A stretch of DNA of 54,969 nucleotides from Thermoplasmata archaeon. GTDB lineage: Archaea > Thermoplasmatota > Thermoplasmata > Lutacidiplasmatales > UBA184. The DNA lies in contig JAKIVT010000004.1 in assembly GCA_022750415.1 (NCBI GenBank), positions 1-54,969 on the forward strand. Reading direction: 5' to 3'. How positions within the stretch are numbered: the first letter of the stretch is position 1; each line of letters opens with the position of its first letter. The notes below the pieces were generated by a model that was given only the letters and a program-made list of their open reading frames with translations, ran no database searches and was not told the DNA's origin. Positions 1-9,388 of the stretch are shown piece by piece. Made by a program: the position numbers and the translations under genes.

Positions 1-1
1 G

Positions 2-121
2 GGCCTCCGGTCCGACGGGGAGGGCGTCGGCCTCCACTTTGCACTCCCGAAGGGGAGCTACGCCACGGTGGTGCTCCGGGAACTCCTGAAGTCCGGCGCA
101 ACTCCGGCGACCGCCCGATAG
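2..121 (+). CDS. truD: tRNA pseudouridine(13) synthase TruD, C-terminal fragment (gene begins before window)
   Basis: Frame 2 reads ...LHFALPKGSYATVVLRELLK..., the conserved TruD C-terminal F-x-LP-x-GSYAT-x-x-LRE motif; stop TAG at 119-121. Confidence 0.85.
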   Translation, partial: GLRSDGEGVGLHFALPKGSYATVVLRELLKSGATPATAR

Positions 122-172
122 AGCGGACGATTCTAATACTGGTCGACCGGCTCGACGCCCCGAGCACGAAGG

Positions 173-1096
173 ATGGCTGTGGAGTCTCCGCGCGCGTGGT
201 CGGTACCGACCGGGACCGTCGGCTCGGAAGGGTTTGCGCCCTCGCCGAAGTCCGAGCCCACCCCGGACCGGATGCCTACCGGCGTGGCGGACTTCGACTA
301 CCTGAGCGGGGGAATGCCCGTCGGTTCGGTCGTCCTGCTCGCGGGCGATGCGGGGGCCGGCCACGTCGAGTTCGCGCTCACGTCCGCCGTGCACTTGATG
401 ATGTACTACGACGACCCGGACCTCCACCGGTTCTTCCTCGGGAATGCGAAGGGTCCCTTCCTCTACCCGAAGGGGGTGTCCTACGTCAGTCTCACCCGCT
501 CCCGGGACCAGGTCATGCAGGAGATCGCCGGCTCGTTCGACCCGACGTACCATGACGGGCTCGACCGCCACCTTTCGTTTCACGACCTCTCCCCGTCCTA
601 CTTTGCCGACTCCGTTGTCCCCCCCACATGGGCGACCGTCGGGGGCAGCCTGTTTGCGAGAGACCGCGGGCCGTCCAGTTCCGACGACCCGCTCTCGGCC
701 CTCGCCGCGGCCGTGGAACGCGACGGGGTCTCGAATCTCGTGATCGTCGACTCGCTGACCGACCTTCTGGTCCGGAAGTCGATCGACCCCGAATCGCTCC
801 TGACCTTGGTGAAGGGGCTTCGACGCCGGGCGAAATCGTGGGGCGGGGTCGTCTACCTGCTCCTCTCCCGGGGCGTCGCGCCACCGGCGACGGAACAAGC
901 GCTGTACGACTCCGTCGACGGGGTGTTGAACTTCAGCTGGACCACGAGCGCCCATTCCTCGCACCGCCAGCGGACGATGCTCGTCGAGCGATTCATGCCG
1001 ATCCTCGCCCGGATGCCCCACGAACAGCAGAGCCGTTTCGTGATCCGGGTGAGTTCCCTGAATGGGTTGGTGACGACGCAGTATGAGCGAGTCTGA
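173..1096 (+). CDS. KaiC/RAD55-like RecA-fold protein with degenerate Walker A
   Basis: MPTGVADFDYLSGGMPVGSVVLLAG start typical of KaiC-like proteins; P-loop reads GDAGAGHVEF with no Lys; Walker B-like LVIVDSLT. Confidence 0.8.
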   Translation: MAVESPRAWSVPTGTVGSEGFAPSPKSEPTPDRMPTGVADFDYLSGGMPVGSVVLLAGDAGAGHVEFALTSAVHLMMYYDDPDLHRFFLGNAKGPFLYPKGVSYVSLTRSRDQVMQEIAGSFDPTYHDGLDRHLSFHDLSPSYFADSVVPPTWATVGGSLFARDRGPSSSDDPLSALAAAVERDGVSNLVIVDSLTDLLVRKSIDPESLLTLVKGLRRRAKSWGGVVYLLLSRGVAPPATEQALYDSVDGVLNFSWTTSAHSSHRQRTMLVERFMPILARMPHEQQSRFVIRVSSLNGLVTTQYERV

Positions 1097-1805
1097 ACTC
1101 CCCCGCGTGTCGACCGGGGTCGTCGGCCTCGACGAGATGCTCGGCGGCGGTCTTCCCGCGGGCCACGTCGTGCTCGTTACCGGGCTTCCGGGGACGGGCA
1201 AGACCTGCTTCGGCCTCCAATTCCTATTCGCCGGCGCGGCCCACGGAGAGCCCGGCGTCTACCTGTCCCTCGAAGAGGAAGAGTCGGCGCTGCTGGCGAG
1301 CGCCCGGCAATTCGGCTGGCCCGTCGACGCGGCGGTGAAGGCGGGCACGGTGAAGGTGATCCGGCTCGACCCGAAGCAAACGCACCAGAACCTCCAGCGG
1401 ATCCAGAGCGAGCTCGGCAAAGAGCTGAAGCAGCTCGGCGCCAAGCGGATCGTCGTCGATTCCGTCAGCCTCCTCAACATGCTCAGCGACGACGAGCCCG
1501 CGCGCCGCACCATCCTCTTCGGACTGGCGGGGGTGTGCCGCGACGCCGGCGCCACGACGGTCCTGACGGCGGAAGCGGACCCGCTCCACCCCTCGGTCAG
1601 TCGCGACGGCCTCTCGGAGTACATCGCCGACGGCGTGATCCTCCTGGGGTACTCCTCCGCCGACGACGGCCACCGAATCGGGCTGTCGCTCCGTGTCCTG
1701 AAGATGCGGCGAACCCCGCACGCCCGGACGGTCCAACCGTACCAGATCGGTCCCGGCGGGATCACGGTCGACGCCAAGGCGATCGACTTCAGCCGGGGCC
1801 TGTAA
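1083..1805 (+). CDS. KaiC/RAD55-family ATPase (single domain)
   Basis: STGVVGLDEMLGGG, Walker A GLPGTGKT, SLEE, IVVDSVS, ADGVILL, VLKMRR; overlaps the upstream gene. Confidence 0.92.
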   Translation: MSESELPRVSTGVVGLDEMLGGGLPAGHVVLVTGLPGTGKTCFGLQFLFAGAAHGEPGVYLSLEEEESALLASARQFGWPVDAAVKAGTVKVIRLDPKQTHQNLQRIQSELGKELKQLGAKRIVVDSVSLLNMLSDDEPARRTILFGLAGVCRDAGATTVLTAEADPLHPSVSRDGLSEYIADGVILLGYSSADDGHRIGLSLRVLKMRRTPHARTVQPYQIGPGGITVDAKAIDFSRGL

Positions 1806-1853
1806 CCGTTCCAGCCGCATTCCGGACCCGGTCTCGGGGAAGAGGGCACGGCC

Positions 1854-2960
1854 GTGGTCCGCTGGGTGCTGTACATCGACATCGACGCGTTCTACGTCTC
1901 GTGCGAATTGCGGGACCGACCCGACCTGGCAGGGCGGCCGGTCATCGTGGGTCCCGACCCGTCGAAGGGGCCGACGCGGGGCGTCGTCCTGTCCGCGAGC
2001 TACGAAGCCCGGGCGTTCGGCGTCCGGAGCGCGATGCCGGTCGGGGAGGCGGGACGCCGATGCCCGGACGCCATCTGGATCTCGGCCGATTTCCCGAAGT
2101 ATGGTCGCGCGGCCGAGGAGGTCCGGGCCCGCCTCGCCCTCCGGTTCGGGGACGTGGTCCCGCTGAGCATCGATGAAGCCGCGGTCCGCGTCGAGGCGGC
2201 CGAGGCCGATGACGCAGGTCGAGTCGCCCGTGAGGTCCAGGCCGACCTGAAGGCAGAGGTCCACCTTCCCTCATCGATTGGAGTGGCGACCTCGCGGACG
2301 GTCGCCAAGATCGCCAGCGACCGGGCCAAGCCCGGCGGGGTCGTGGTCGTTCGTCCCGAGTCCGTGGCCTCTTTCCTCGCCCCGCTCCCAGCCCGATCCA
2401 TCCCCGGTGTCGGGCCGAAGACCGAGGCGCGCCTCGCCACCTACGGAATTGCGACGATCGGAGACTTGGCCAAAGGGCTCCCGCTCGCTGCCCGGAGGGA
2501 GTTCGGCGACACGGGACGGTTCTTCGTCCGTCTCGCCCGGGGCGAGGAGATCATCGAGGGGCCGGACGTCCTCGGCCCCCGGTCCCGGTCCTCGGACCGG
2601 ACGTTCGAGGCGGACGTCTCCGACCCCCGGGAGGTCGAGGTCGCCGTCGACCGGCTGGCGCGGGAGCTCGCCGAGAGCTTGGCGAAAGAACGGCTGCGGT
2701 TCCAGACGGTGGCCGTCGGCGTCCGGTGGGAGGATTTCTCCCGGACGACCCGGTCCCGGACCCTTGCGGCCGCGGCCGACGGGGCCGAGCGAGTGGCCAC
2801 CACCGCACGGCGGCTGTTCGAGGAGCTCTGGGCGGCCGAGGCGGCGGGGCGCCAGCGGAAGGTCCGTACCGTTTCCGTGCACACCGAGCGGTTCCGTCCG
2901 GCGACCGACCGGCAGCGGACGCTCGACGGCTTCGACGGCGCCGGGCCACCCGTTAAGTAA
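1854..2960 (+). CDS. dinB: Y-family DNA polymerase IV (DinB/Dpo4)
   Basis: YIDIDAFYVS, SASYEARAFGVRSAMP, SIDEA, AKIASDRAKPGG, IPGVGPKT. Confidence 0.95.
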   Translation: MVRWVLYIDIDAFYVSCELRDRPDLAGRPVIVGPDPSKGPTRGVVLSASYEARAFGVRSAMPVGEAGRRCPDAIWISADFPKYGRAAEEVRARLALRFGDVVPLSIDEAAVRVEAAEADDAGRVAREVQADLKAEVHLPSSIGVATSRTVAKIASDRAKPGGVVVVRPESVASFLAPLPARSIPGVGPKTEARLATYGIATIGDLAKGLPLAARREFGDTGRFFVRLARGEEIIEGPDVLGPRSRSSDRTFEADVSDPREVEVAVDRLARELAESLAKERLRFQTVAVGVRWEDFSRTTRSRTLAAAADGAERVATTARRLFEELWAAEAAGRQRKVRTVSVHTERFRPATDRQRTLDGFDGAGPPVK

Positions 2961-2990
2961 CGCATCCCGGCTTACGAGGCGGGGCGCTCG

Positions 2991-3875
2991 GTGGGGTTCG
3001 TCGTCGTCACCCTCGGTGGGCTCGACCCGCTCCTCGCCCTCCTGGTCCTGGTCGTCATCGCGTTCGCCGCCGGGACGGTGGGGGCGGCCCTCGGTGTGGG
3101 GGGCGGTCTGTTCCTCGTCCCCGCGCTCGTCCTCCTCTTCGGGATCGATATCCACATTGCGATCGCCGCGAGCATCGTCAGCGTCATCGCGACCTCCTCC
3201 GCGGCCGCCTCGAACGACGTCCAATCGGGGCTGACGAACGTCCGCCTCGCCATGTTCCTCGAGACGGCGACGGCGCTCGGAGGCCTGGCCGGCGCCATCG
3301 TCGCCGTGACGGTGCTGGCGAACCAGTCGAACATCCTGGTCTTCGCCTTCGTTCCCGTCGTCCTGATCGCCGCCGCGCTGATGGCGTCCAGTCGGGACCG
3401 GGACACCGTCGTCGACCCGCCGCCCGACCTCCTCGCCCGGCGGCTTCGTCTGGACGGCGAATATGTCGGGCCGGTCACCGGCATTCGCCGACGGTACCGG
3501 GTGACGCGGAGCGGCGTCGGACTCGGCTTCGCGGGGTTGGCCGGGGTCGCGTCCGGATTGTTTGGGATCGGCGGCGGGATCTTCAAAGTCCCGGCGATGA
3601 ACACCCTCATGAACGTCCCGCTCCGGGTCGCCACGGCGACCTCGACGTTCATGATCGGCGTGACCGCCGCGGCCGGGGCGCTCGTCTACCTGTTCGCCGG
3701 CGACGTCGTCCTCGCGGTCGTCGCGCCCGTGGTACTCGCGGTGTTCTTCGGTACGATTCTCGGACGGCGCTACGGACACACGGCCCCGGTGGCCCGCCTC
3801 AAGGTCCTCTTCGTCGGTCTTCTCGTGGTTGCGGCGGTGCTCATGGTCGCCCGGGGGGTCGGCGCCCTCCCGTGA
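2991..3875 (+). CDS. TauE/SafE-family (sulfite exporter-like) membrane protein
   Basis: Duplicated GxGGG motifs (LGVGGGLFLVP; FGIGGGIFKVP), multiple TM helices, ATATSTFMIGVT. Confidence 0.88.
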   Translation: MGFVVVTLGGLDPLLALLVLVVIAFAAGTVGAALGVGGGLFLVPALVLLFGIDIHIAIAASIVSVIATSSAAASNDVQSGLTNVRLAMFLETATALGGLAGAIVAVTVLANQSNILVFAFVPVVLIAAALMASSRDRDTVVDPPPDLLARRLRLDGEYVGPVTGIRRRYRVTRSGVGLGFAGLAGVASGLFGIGGGIFKVPAMNTLMNVPLRVATATSTFMIGVTAAAGALVYLFAGDVVLAVVAPVVLAVFFGTILGRRYGHTAPVARLKVLFVGLLVVAAVLMVARGVGALP

Positions 3876-4261
3876 GCGGTCCCCCCTCGCCGGAACTCCC
3901 GGCCTTGGCCGCCGACCCTCCGGGACTCCGGGACGCCTTCGGCCACGTCCTCCGCTACGGAGTGCTGGTCTCCGGGCTGTTCCTCGTCGTCGGGTTCCTG
4001 CTCGCCGCGGCCCGAGGCTCCACCGGCCTCGCCGGGAGTACCGGCCGCCTGCCCCTCGATCGGCTGTCCGGCGCCCTGGGAGCCGGGGACCCGTGGGCGT
4101 ACCTGTTCGTGGGCGTCGTCGTCCTCGCTGCGACTCCCGTCGTACGCGTGACCTTCGCCCTTGGAGGGTTCGCCGCGGTCCGCGACCGGGCGTACGTGCT
4201 GATCACCGGGTTCGTCCTTGCCGTCCTGCTCACGAGCCTCGCCATCGGAGTGGTCGGATGA
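3872..4261 (+). CDS. DUF1634-like small membrane protein
   Basis: LRYGVLVS...GVVVLAATPVVRV...RDRAY pattern; 3 TM; typical TauE partner; GTGA overlap with the upstream gene. Confidence 0.8.
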   Translation: MSGPPSPELPALAADPPGLRDAFGHVLRYGVLVSGLFLVVGFLLAAARGSTGLAGSTGRLPLDRLSGALGAGDPWAYLFVGVVVLAATPVVRVTFALGGFAAVRDRAYVLITGFVLAVLLTSLAIGVVG

Positions 4262-5580
4262 GCGTCCCGCCGGCGTTCGCCCCACCGGAGGATTCGGCGG
4301 GACGGCGAATCTGGAAGGTCGACCCTGCCACCGGTCTTCCGGTTCCCCGCTACGATGGTCGATCCATCGTCAACCTCGCCGTCTCCCTCCCTGCTGGCCC
4401 TCGACGCCTCCGGGGGCCGCCGCTCGCGCCACCTCTCGCCGACGACCTCGGGGGTTTCCCGGGTTCGGGCGACGGTCCGGTCGTGATGTTCCTGGTCGAC
4501 GCTCTCGGCTGGTCCGGATTCCTCGACTGGACCCGGAACGGAGGGGAGGCGGGCAGGGTGTGGGGCCGGTCGGCCGCCCCGATCACCACCGTGTTCCCCT
4601 CCACGACGACCGCGGCCCTGGTGTCCCTCTCGACCGGCGTCCTGCCCGGTCGCCACGGACTCGTCGGGTACCGGCAGTACCTCCCGCGCTTCGGCGTCGT
4701 CGCCGACATGCTGAACATGGCCCCGGTCGGCTCGTCGACCCGCGACGCCCTCATCGGGCCGTCGTGGACCCCATCGATGCTCACCGGGGCGCCGACGCTC
4801 TTCCGACGGGGGATGCGGGCGACCGTCCTCTCGCGGGACCTCTTTCAGGGGAGCGGGTTGACCCGGCTCCTCTACGACGGCGCCGAGTTCGTCGGGTATG
4901 CGACCGCCTCGCACCTCGTCCACCAGTTGTCGGGAATCCTCTCGAGACCCCGTCCGCCGAAGGTCGTCTTCCTCTACTGGGCGGAGCTCGACACGGTCCA
5001 GCATCTCGTCGGACCGGACCGACGTTGGTTTGCGATGGAGATGGACCGTATCGTCGACCTCCTCGCGAGGACGGCGCAGACGCTTCCGCGTCGTCTTGCC
5101 CGGAGCGTGCAGGTCGCGGTCACCGGCGACCACGGCCAGGTCCCAGCGACCCTCGCGCGCCGGATCTCGGTCGACCAGGAGCCGGCCCTCCTCCGGGAGA
5201 TCGTGCGCCCCCTCGCCGGCGACCGACGGGCGGGGTTCTTCGCGGCGAGGACCGGGGGAATCGAGGCGCTCGAGCGGGCGCTCCGCCAGCGGCTCGCCCC
5301 CGGTTCTCCGGTCCTCGGTCGCGAGGCCGTCTTGGGGGCCGGACTGTTCGGACCTCCGCCCTTCCACCCGGAGATCCGGGAGCGGATTGGCGACGTGATC
5401 GCGTTCCCCCGGAGCCCGGAGTGCTTCACGTACCTGTTGCCAGGCGCGGCCGCTCCGACGCGATTTCTGACGGGGGCCCATGGAGGGCTCGAGGCGGACG
5501 AGCTCCTCGTCCCGCTGGTGGCCGGGTCGCTCGCCAACTTGACGGACGCGAGTGCGACGGTCGCTCGCTCGAAACGGTAA
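4258..5580 (+). CDS. Alkaline phosphatase superfamily / nucleotide pyrophosphatase-like protein
   Basis: FLVDALGW, TTVFPSTTTAA, HGLVGY, LDTVQH, TGDHGQ, GAHGGL; ATG at 4258 overlaps the upstream stop. Confidence 0.88.
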   Translation: MSVPPAFAPPEDSAGRRIWKVDPATGLPVPRYDGRSIVNLAVSLPAGPRRLRGPPLAPPLADDLGGFPGSGDGPVVMFLVDALGWSGFLDWTRNGGEAGRVWGRSAAPITTVFPSTTTAALVSLSTGVLPGRHGLVGYRQYLPRFGVVADMLNMAPVGSSTRDALIGPSWTPSMLTGAPTLFRRGMRATVLSRDLFQGSGLTRLLYDGAEFVGYATASHLVHQLSGILSRPRPPKVVFLYWAELDTVQHLVGPDRRWFAMEMDRIVDLLARTAQTLPRRLARSVQVAVTGDHGQVPATLARRISVDQEPALLREIVRPLAGDRRAGFFAARTGGIEALERALRQRLAPGSPVLGREAVLGAGLFGPPPFHPEIRERIGDVIAFPRSPECFTYLLPGAAAPTRFLTGAHGGLEADELLVPLVAGSLANLTDASATVARSKR

Positions 5581-5605
5581 AGGCCCACGAGCCGTCGACG
5601 GCGCC

Positions 5606-7372
5606 GTGCCGCCCTCCCTCCGCCCTCCGATCGTCTCCCTCCTCGGTCATGTCGACCACGGAAAGACGACGCTCCTCGACCGGATCGCCGGGTCGATCCG
5701 GGCCGCCCGCGAGGCCGGCGGGATCACCCAACACATCGGGGCCATCGAGGTTCCCCTCTCGACCGTCAGCGTGCTCTCCCACGGGATCGTCTCCACGGAA
5801 GGGTTCCAGGTCCCCGGACTCCTGTTCATCGACACGCCCGGCCACCGGTCGTTCGAGACCATGCGGCGGCGGGGGGGTGCGCTCGCCGACCTCGCGGTCT
5901 TGGTCGTCGACATCAAGGAGGGGTTCAAGCCCCAGACCCGCGAATCGATCCAGATCCTGCGCCACGAGAAGACCCCCTTCGTCGTCGCACTCACCAAGAT
6001 CGACCTGGTACCCGGATGGCGCAAGCCGACCGGACCAATCTCGCTCGCCGACCAGATCCAACACTCCGGGCCGGAGTACTCGAAACACCTCGACGAGCGG
6101 ACCTACAGTGTCGCCGAGCAGCTCGACCAGATGGGATTCTCGGCCGACCGGTACGACCGGGTGAGCGACTTCTCCCGCAACATCGGCCTCTCGCCGGTCT
6201 CGGCGAAGACCGGGGTCGGGGTGGCCGAGCTCCTTGCCCTCCTCGTCGGACTGTCGCAACGGTTCCTCAAGTCGGAACTGAACGTCGTCACCGGAGGCGG
6301 CGAGGCGACGATCCTGGAGCGGAGCGACCAGAAAGGGATCGGTCCCGTCGGGAACGTCATTGTCTACCGCGGCCGGCTCCGTGTCGGCGACGAGATCATC
6401 GCGAACGGCCGCCGAGAGCCGTTCGCTACCAAGATCCGCGGCCTCTACCGACCGGCGCCGCCGAAGCGGGGTCCGGCGGGCAAGACGATCCGGCTCGAAT
6501 CCCTCAACGAGGTGGAGGCGGCCGCCGGCGTGTACCTCTCCGCCCCGGGAATCGAGGAAGCGATGCCCGGCGGGATTCTCAAGGTGGTTCTGTCGGCGCA
6601 AGACCGGGAGACGGTCATCGCCGCCCTGCAATCGGAAAGTCACCCGGTCGCCGACTTGGCAGAGACCGGCGTCGCGCTCGCCGCGGACACCCTTGGTGGT
6701 CTCGAGGCGCTCGCGTTCGAGTGTCGGGAAGAGAAGATCCCGATCCACGAGGCGGAGGTCGGCCCCGTCGGACGCCCGACGGTCATGAACATCGCGACCG
6801 TGAAGGACGCTTCCCATCGGGCGGTCCTCGCGTTCAACGTCCCCGTCGCCGTCGAACTTCTCCAGGAAGCCGAGGCGTCCGGGGTCAAGGTGTTCCGGGG
6901 CGAGGTCATGTACCGGATCCTCGAGGAGTACGTCGCCTGGCGGACCGAGCGGCTCGCCTCGCTCGACTCCGACCGACGCCTGATCGTGGTGCACCCGGCG
7001 AAGGTGATGTTCCTACCGGGGTTCGTTTTCCGGGCCTCCAAGCCCGCCATCGTCGGCGTGAAGGTCTTGGCCGGAACCCTGCGGCCGGGCGTCCGACTCA
7101 TGAACTCCGCCGGGGAGGAGGTCGGCCACGTCAAGGTCCTCCAGCACGACAGCGAGACCGTGCCCCAGGCGGACGAGGGGATGGAGGTCGCCGTATCGAT
7201 CGACGGTGCGGTCGTTCATCGGAACATCGAGGAGGGGGACACGCTCTTCGTCTTGATCACCGAGGGGACCGCCCGCGCTCTGCGGGCCGCGAACCTCACC
7301 CCGAACGAGAAGGGGGTCCTGGAGGAGGTCGTCCGGATCCGCCGTCAGACGTCCCCGTTCTGGGGTCAGTAG
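5606..7372 (+). CDS. infB: Translation initiation factor aIF5B (archaeal IF-2)
   Basis: LRPPIVSLLGHVDHGKTT, GGITQHIGA, FIDTPGH, TKID, archaeal-type C-terminus FVFRASKPAIVGV...FWG; GTG 5606 chosen as start. Confidence 0.97.
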   Translation: MPPSLRPPIVSLLGHVDHGKTTLLDRIAGSIRAAREAGGITQHIGAIEVPLSTVSVLSHGIVSTEGFQVPGLLFIDTPGHRSFETMRRRGGALADLAVLVVDIKEGFKPQTRESIQILRHEKTPFVVALTKIDLVPGWRKPTGPISLADQIQHSGPEYSKHLDERTYSVAEQLDQMGFSADRYDRVSDFSRNIGLSPVSAKTGVGVAELLALLVGLSQRFLKSELNVVTGGGEATILERSDQKGIGPVGNVIVYRGRLRVGDEIIANGRREPFATKIRGLYRPAPPKRGPAGKTIRLESLNEVEAAAGVYLSAPGIEEAMPGGILKVVLSAQDRETVIAALQSESHPVADLAETGVALAADTLGGLEALAFECREEKIPIHEAEVGPVGRPTVMNIATVKDASHRAVLAFNVPVAVELLQEAEASGVKVFRGEVMYRILEEYVAWRTERLASLDSDRRLIVVHPAKVMFLPGFVFRASKPAIVGVKVLAGTLRPGVRLMNSAGEEVGHVKVLQHDSETVPQADEGMEVAVSIDGAVVHRNIEEGDTLFVLITEGTARALRAANLTPNEKGVLEEVVRIRRQTSPFWGQ

Positions 7373-7958
7373 CGCGCGCGACCTCCGCGGCGTCGTCCGC
7401 GGTCCGGGAGACCATGGGGGGCGGTCGTCGGAACCCTCCCCGGAGGAAGAGCCCGAGGAAGAGGGCGACGGCACCGACGCCCGCCAAGAGTCCGCTCGCC
7501 ACCTCGGCGATCGCGTCCGCGGCCGGCGGGGAGGATTGGACGGTCCACCGGGCGACGGCGGAGAACGTGAACGTGGCGGGCTCGCCGGCGGGGGTCGCCC
7601 ACGAGAGGACATACTCCTGGTTGAGCAACCCAGCGAAGGAGAACGAACCGGAGGCGTTCGCCGGCCAGGACGCGAGGGACGGGCCGGAGACGCACCCGAA
7701 CGTCCTCGGCGCGCAGGGTACGAGGAGATCGACCGCCACCGGGACGGTCGACGACCAGTGGAGTACGAGGGTACCGCGCGCGGCGTTCGCGGCCGGTATC
7801 GTCGCGGAGGCCGTCGAGGAAGCCGGGGTGAACTGACCGTCCAGCTGGCTCGTGGACTGTTGGGTCACCGACGGGGCGGGAGCGAGCAGGAGCGCCAGCA
7901 GGGCGCCCCCGCCGACCAGGAGGAACGCCACCCCGACGATCACGAGCCACGGGCGCAT
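7296..7958 (-). CDS. Hypothetical membrane protein (N- and C-terminal TM helices, extracellular beta-rich middle)
   Basis: MRPWLVIVGVAFLLVGGGALLALLL... and GLLAGVGAVALFLGLFL; ATG at 7958. Confidence 0.65.
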   Translation of the reverse strand: MRPWLVIVGVAFLLVGGGALLALLLAPAPSVTQQSTSQLDGQFTPASSTASATIPAANAARGTLVLHWSSTVPVAVDLLVPCAPRTFGCVSGPSLASWPANASGSFSFAGLLNQEYVLSWATPAGEPATFTFSAVARWTVQSSPPAADAIAEVASGLLAGVGAVALFLGLFLRGGFRRPPPMVSRTADDAAEVARATDPRTGTSDGGSGRPPPGPPSRSG

Positions 7959-8075
7959 CGGCTCGCAAGGCGGTGAACTGCCGAAAAACCATTCGCCTGA
8001 CGCCGGGACGGTTGATTCTCGAATTGGATTCGGTCCATGACGCTCAAATACCCCGACCCATGTCCATGATACACT

Positions 8076-9026
8076 GTGACAGGGTCCGGGGACCTGCCCA
8101 CGGTAGCCGCTGCTCCCAGCGGGCCCGCTGCCTGTTCGATGTGCGGCGCCCGGCATCGGGTGCTCGACGCCGCCCGGATGGAGGAGCACTGCGGAGAGTG
8201 CGGCCTCGTCTTCGAGGACGCGGCCATTATCGCCGCCCCGCCTCGGATCTCCGACGACCCCGGCTCCGATGGTTCCGGGCGGGGGATTGGTCCCTTTTCC
8301 ACTCCCGGCGGGAGCCGCCGGGCGCTCGGTTCGGTGTTGAGCGGCTCCCGAGACGGACAGGGCCGCCCGCTCGGGTGGCACCGCCGCTACGAGTTCCAGC
8401 ACCTCAACCGGGTATCCCGCCGGCAGACGTCCCGCGCGATCGAGGGCCCGTTGGAACGGTCCGAGGCTCGGACGGAGATCGGGCAGTGTGCAGCGCGACT
8501 CACACTGCCCCCGGTGGTCGTCCAAGAAGCCGAGCGAGTGTATCGGGAAGCCAAGGTCCGAGGTCTCTTCCGGGGCCGGAGCCTCCCTTCGAGCGTCGGC
8601 GCCACGCTCTACGCCGCATGTCGGCGCTACTCCTTGCCCCGCACCCTCGGGGAGGTCTCGAAAGCCGTTGGCGCCCGTCGGTCCGAGGTCGGACGGGCGT
8701 TCAAAGTTATCCAGCGCGGCGGCGCGGCCCCGGTCCAGGCGGTCGGCGCTCGCGCGTTCTTGGCCCGGTACGCGGAAGAGCTCGCGCTATCGGCCCAAGT
8801 TCGGCAGACCGTGGAAGAGATGCTCGAGGTCGCGCACGAGGACCCGGAGCTTTCCGGACTTTCCCCGCACGGGCTCGTGGCGGCCTTGATCTACCTGGCC
8901 GCGGAGCGGAACGGCGAGCGCCGGTCGCGAGCGCAGGTGGCGCGCGTGAGCGCCGTCACCGAAGTGACGCTCCGCTCGACCAGCCGGCTCGTCGAGCGGC
9001 TGTTGCACCGGACCGGCGCCGCGTAA
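8076..9026 (+). CDS. tfb: Transcription initiation factor IIB (TFB), divergent paralog
   Basis: Zn ribbon CSMCG...CGECGLV; cyclin repeats RGRS...LYAACR...PRTLGEV and GLSPHGLVAALIYLAA...VTEVTLR. Confidence 0.9.
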   Translation: MTGSGDLPTVAAAPSGPAACSMCGARHRVLDAARMEEHCGECGLVFEDAAIIAAPPRISDDPGSDGSGRGIGPFSTPGGSRRALGSVLSGSRDGQGRPLGWHRRYEFQHLNRVSRRQTSRAIEGPLERSEARTEIGQCAARLTLPPVVVQEAERVYREAKVRGLFRGRSLPSSVGATLYAACRRYSLPRTLGEVSKAVGARRSEVGRAFKVIQRGGAAPVQAVGARAFLARYAEELALSAQVRQTVEEMLEVAHEDPELSGLSPHGLVAALIYLAAERNGERRSRAQVARVSAVTEVTLRSTSRLVERLLHRTGAA

Positions 9027-9038
9027 GGTCGGTCGACC

Positions 9039-9263
9039 TCACTTCGTGAGGTAGTAGCCCGCGGCTTTCTCGCGGACTTTCCGACGGGCGAACCCCTTCG
9101 TCTGGAGTTCCTGCAGCGCGTTCATCACCATCGTCTTCGGGAGCTTCACCGTCATCGTCACCCGCTCGGCGGTCCCCATCTTCTCGTCGCTGAGCATCCC
9201 CATCTCCTTCAGCGACTTGTACACCTTCACCGCGTTCGGTGAAAGCTCGTCCTCGATCGCCAT
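9039..9263 (-). CDS. Small basic winged-helix-like protein
   Basis: 74 aa MAIEDELSPNAVKVYKSL...ALQELQTKGFARRK...YYLTK; Lys-rich, HTH-wing pattern. Confidence 0.75.
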   Translation of the reverse strand: MAIEDELSPNAVKVYKSLKEMGMLSDEKMGTAERVTMTVKLPKTMVMNALQELQTKGFARRKVREKAAGYYLTK

Positions 9264-9388
9264 TCTCCGTCCCCGGTCGGACCGACGGATGCGGTGAGAT
9301 AAGCGATTCCCCGTTCGGAGACTCGCCCACCGGCCCACCAACCTCCGGGCCGAAGGGGACATGACCGCGTCGCGGGTGGTCCGCCCTC

